Assembly: GCA_005881025.1 (NCBI GenBank)
Contig: VBFO01000007.1
Span: 1-55,224 of the forward strand
Source of the DNA: Chloroflexota bacterium
Lineage (GTDB): Bacteria; Chloroflexota; Dormibacteria; Dormibacterales; Dormibacteraceae
Direction: 5' to 3'
Length of the DNA: 55,224 nt
The notes beneath the pieces are model-generated. The model made no database searches. It had not been told where the DNA came from and worked only from the letters and a program-made list of their open reading frames with translations. Position 1 is the first letter of the stretch; each line of letters opens with the position of its first letter. Position numbers and translations under genes: made by a program. Of this stretch, positions 52,868-55,224 are shown piece after piece.

Positions 52868-53080
52868 GAGCTGGTTTTCACCGGGTGACACGCTTATTGG
52901 TTTCTGCGCCGCTTTACGGCCGTTGCCTCTTGTGGAGGCCAACCTTTGCGTGGACCGATCAGTGAATCCAGCTATTGCGTGCGTTCACGTTGCGACGATC
53001 CAGCGGGACCTGTCAAGTGGTTTGTTTTCCCAGCACACGCAGGGAGCAAAATGGAGTGAGCTTCAGGTGGAGGTGAGCCG

Positions 53081-54721
53081 GTGAGCGAGCTCAGCTACGT
53101 GCAGGGCGCCAGCAACGTTCCACTGGTCGGCGAGCCGATCTTCCACAACCTCCGTCGGACCGCCGCCAGGTTCGGTGATCGCGATGCGCTGGTCGTCCCG
53201 CCCCAGGACTACCGGGCCACCTACAGCCAGCTGGTCGAGCAGTGCGAGGCCGCCGGCCGCGGGCTGATGGCTCGTGGCGTCAAGAAAGGGGACCGGGTCG
53301 GTATCTGGTCGCCGAATCGCTACGAGTGGGTTGTCGTCCAGTACGCCACCGCAGCGATCGGCGCAATCCTGGTCAACATCAACCCGGCCTACCGGACCTC
53401 TGAGCTCGAGTACGCCTTGAACCAGTCCGGGACCGGCTTCCTGATCCTGGCCAAAGGCTTCCGGCAGGCCGACTACCGGGCAATGCTCGCGGAGGTCAAA
53501 GGCCGCTGCCCGGACCTCAAGGAAGCCCTTGTGCTCGAGGACAGTTGGGATGCGCTGCTGCGTGATGCCGCCAGGTCAAGCCTGGAGGAGCTTCGCGAGC
53601 GAGAGGAGTCGCTTCAGTTCGACGATCCGATCAACATCCAGTACACATCAGGCACGACCGGCTTCCCAAAGGGCGCGACGCTGACGCACCACAACATCCT
53701 CAACAACGCCTTCTTTATCGGGGAGACGCTCAAGTACTCCGAGCGGGATCGCGTTTGCATCCCGGTTCCGTTCTATCACTGCTTCGGCATGGTGCTGGGC
53801 AACCTCGCGTGCACGTCACACGGCGCGGCGATGGTGATCCCGGGCGAGGCCTATGACCCGCTGGCGGTCATGGAGACGGTGCAGAAGGAGCGCTGCACTT
53901 CGCTGTATGGCGTGCCGACCATGTTCATCGGTGAGCTGGAGCACCCCCGATTCAAAGAGTTCGACTTCACCTCGCTGCGCACCGGCATCATGGCCGGCTC
54001 GCCTTGCCCGGTGGAGGTCATGAAGAAGGTGCAGACGGTCATGCACATTCCAGAGATGACGATCGCCTACGGGATGACAGAGACATCGCCGGTGTCGACT
54101 CAGTGCGCCACCGATGATCCACTCGAGAAGCGGGTCTCGACCGTCGGGCGTGTGCATCCTCACGTGGAGATCAAGATCGTCGACCCGGCCACCGGAGCGG
54201 TGGTTCCGCGCGGCACGCCGGGTGAGCTCTGCAGCCGTGGCTACATGGTCATGCTCGGCTACTGGAACAACGAGGAAGCCACCCGTCAAGCAATCGATGC
54301 CGCACGCTGGATGCACACGGGCGATCTGGCCACGATGGACGAGGACGGTTACCTCAACATCGTCGGCCGGATCAAGGACATGATCATTCGCGGGGGCGAG
54401 AACATCTATCCGCGCGAGGTCGAGGAGTTCTTGTACGGGCATCCGCAGATCGCGGACGTGCAGGTGATCGGCATCCCTTCGGAGAAATACGGCGAAGAGG
54501 TCATGGCTTGGGTGAAGCTGCGCGAGGGCGGCAGCGTGTCAGGCGACGAGCTCGCGACCTGGTGCAAGGGCAAGATCGCGAGCTACAAGATCCCTCGGCA
54601 CTGGAAGTTCGTGGATGGATTTCCCATGACCGTCACGGGCAAGATCCAGAAATTCAAGATGCGCGAGGTTTCGATCGAGGAGCTGGGGCTGGAGAAGGCA
54701 GCAGGGGTCCGGACGGCGTAA
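53081..54721 (+). CDS. AMP-dependent synthetase/ligase (acyl-CoA synthetase)
   Basis: AMP-binding signature [20 protein letters not shown]. ...[38 protein letters not shown]..., ...[13 protein letters not shown] start with SD ggaggtg. Confidence 0.9.
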   Translation: MSELSYVQGASNVPLVGEPIFHNLRRTAARFGDRDALVVPPQDYRATYSQLVEQCEAAGRGLMARGVKKGDRVGIWSPNRYEWVVVQYATAAIGAILVNINPAYRTSELEYALNQSGTGFLILAKGFRQADYRAMLAEVKGRCPDLKEALVLEDSWDALLRDAARSSLEELREREESLQFDDPINIQYTSGTTGFPKGATLTHHNILNNAFFIGETLKYSERDRVCIPVPFYHCFGMVLGNLACTSHGAAMVIPGEAYDPLAVMETVQKERCTSLYGVPTMFIGELEHPRFKEFDFTSLRTGIMAGSPCPVEVMKKVQTVMHIPEMTIAYGMTETSPVSTQCATDDPLEKRVSTVGRVHPHVEIKIVDPATGAVVPRGTPGELCSRGYMVMLGYWNNEEATRQAIDAARWMHTGDLATMDEDGYLNIVGRIKDMIIRGGENIYPREVEEFLYGHPQIADVQVIGIPSEKYGEEVMAWVKLREGGSVSGDELATWCKGKIASYKIPRHWKFVDGFPMTVTGKIQKFKMREVSIEELGLEKAAGVRTA

Positions 54722-54784
54722 GCCCTTCGCCTTCTGAGCTATATGAGACCGCCGTGAGACTGTCAGTGAGAGTAGTCACCTGGC

Positions 54785-55224
54785 ATGCTGCGCCCTATGG
54801 GCAAGCAGCTGCACGAGGGTCGCAAGTCGCCCACTGGACCGCTGTGGTGGATTGTCATCGCCCCCCTTGTCACCGTCCCGGCGACGCAGGCCTGGACAGC
54901 CGGAATCGCGCAGTCAGACGCCTGCACGGTCAGCCACGACTTCCTTGGCGGGGCAGCACTGTGCCCTACCGAAACGCTTGCGGTGGCGCTCGCGCCCGGA
55001 CTGATCAACCTGGTGCCGGCGCTCTGGTTGCCCTTCGGGCAAGCCGTCAGGAAAACAGCGGTGGTTGCGACGGCGCTCGGGCTGGCACGCTTCCTGGTTC
55101 CCCTCGCGGCGCTACTCACCTCGGGTCCGGATGCCAGCGTCAGCTGGGGATTCTTCCCGGTGTACCCGAACGAGCCATCCATTCTGGTTGCGAGCGTTGG
55201 ATTGTGGTTGATCAGCGTGTTGGC
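54785..55224 (+). CDS. Membrane protein, 5' partial (runs off the window)
   Basis: Open frame from the ATG at 54785 to the window end with high GC3 and TM-like segments: MLRPMGKQLHEGRKSPTGPLWWIVIAPLVTVPA...ALWLPFGQAV...LVASVGLWLISVL. It is absent from the ORF track because it has no stop. I prefer it over the antisense ORF 54763..55182. Confidence 0.5.
   Translation, partial: MLRPMGKQLHEGRKSPTGPLWWIVIAPLVTVPATQAWTAGIAQSDACTVSHDFLGGAALCPTETLAVALAPGLINLVPALWLPFGQAVRKTAVVATALGLARFLVPLAALLTSGPDASVSWGFFPVYPNEPSILVASVGLWLISVL

Noticed and set aside
52925-52965. A resemblance of GGUCCACGCAAAGGUUGGCCUCC in the GT87 leader to the ACGCAAAGCCUCCGG segment of c-di-GMP-I (GEMM) riboswitches.
   Set aside because: Only one short segment is similar. 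The first GEMM hairpin, the GNRA/receptor pair and the CAAACC element are not evident. A covariance-model search is needed before any claim.
54763-55182. The minus-strand 139-aa ORF at the right edge.
   Set aside because: The opposite strand has an open, high-GC3, TM-rich frame from the ATG at 54785 to the window end. The minus ORF has shadow-frame composition.

Overview
High-GC (roughly two-thirds G+C by eye), gene-dense chromosomal segment with about 55 protein genes on both strands. Intergenic spacers are very short or overlapping. Several divergent gene pairs are under 70 nt apart, which suggests leaderless mRNAs. Gene content fits a high-GC Terrabacteria lineage (Actinobacteria/Chloroflexi-like), but the taxon cannot be fixed from the sequence alone.

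Contents in order:
- A form-II-type cox / xanthine-dehydrogenase-family cluster: coxS-coxL-coxM, a lipoprotein gene, coxD, coxE, xdhC, and a divergent coxG.
- A hypothetical gene, an amidase, a methyltransferase, a cold-shock protein and a DMT transporter.
- A neutral-lipid block: WS/DGAT, two paralogous lipase-like hydrolases, a TetR regulator and another alpha/beta hydrolase.
- A thiamine salvage module: TPP riboswitch, NCS1 permease, thiD.
- A Pro-rich membrane protein, a double GNAT and an LLM/F420-type oxidoreductase.
- pntAA-pntAB-pntB, with pntB broken.
- korAB.
- Two HhH-GPD glycosylases, an APH-like kinase, PepF, an orphan histidine kinase and a ChrB-C-domain protein.
- A small accessory patch: an inverted 49-nt tRNA-Gln fragment, an A/T-richer immunity-like ORF, an IS481-family IS and an intact tRNA-Gln.
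- Envelope-type genes: DUF5808, a TM-extended YvcK, PAP2, RidA, a BNR propeller and an RnfD-like protein.
- An AlkZ/YcaQ-like glycosylase, an ECF sigma/anti-sigma pair and purA.
- An intein-invaded dnaB, rplI, DUF1232, an MFS transporter, GT87 and an acyl-CoA synthetase.

I found no CRISPR array, no rRNA and no recognisable defence or toxin system, so I cannot honestly name a new multi-gene system here.

The most unusual observations:
1. dnaB carries one full-length LAGLIDADG intein whose frame is interrupted. It also carries an out-of-frame 11-codon relic of a second intein.
2. pntB has an internal, frame-breaking deletion of about 26 nt.
3. A perfect 49-nt copy of the tRNA-Gln 3' half lies in inverted orientation 2.15 kb from the intact gene. 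The two copies bracket the IS and an orphan immunity-like ORF.
4. A strong orphan intrinsic terminator with a structured leader sits upstream of the GT87 gene.

Four independent frame disruptions occur in otherwise well-conserved genes. They indicate either sequence or assembly errors, or real gene decay. This should be resolved before any biological interpretation.
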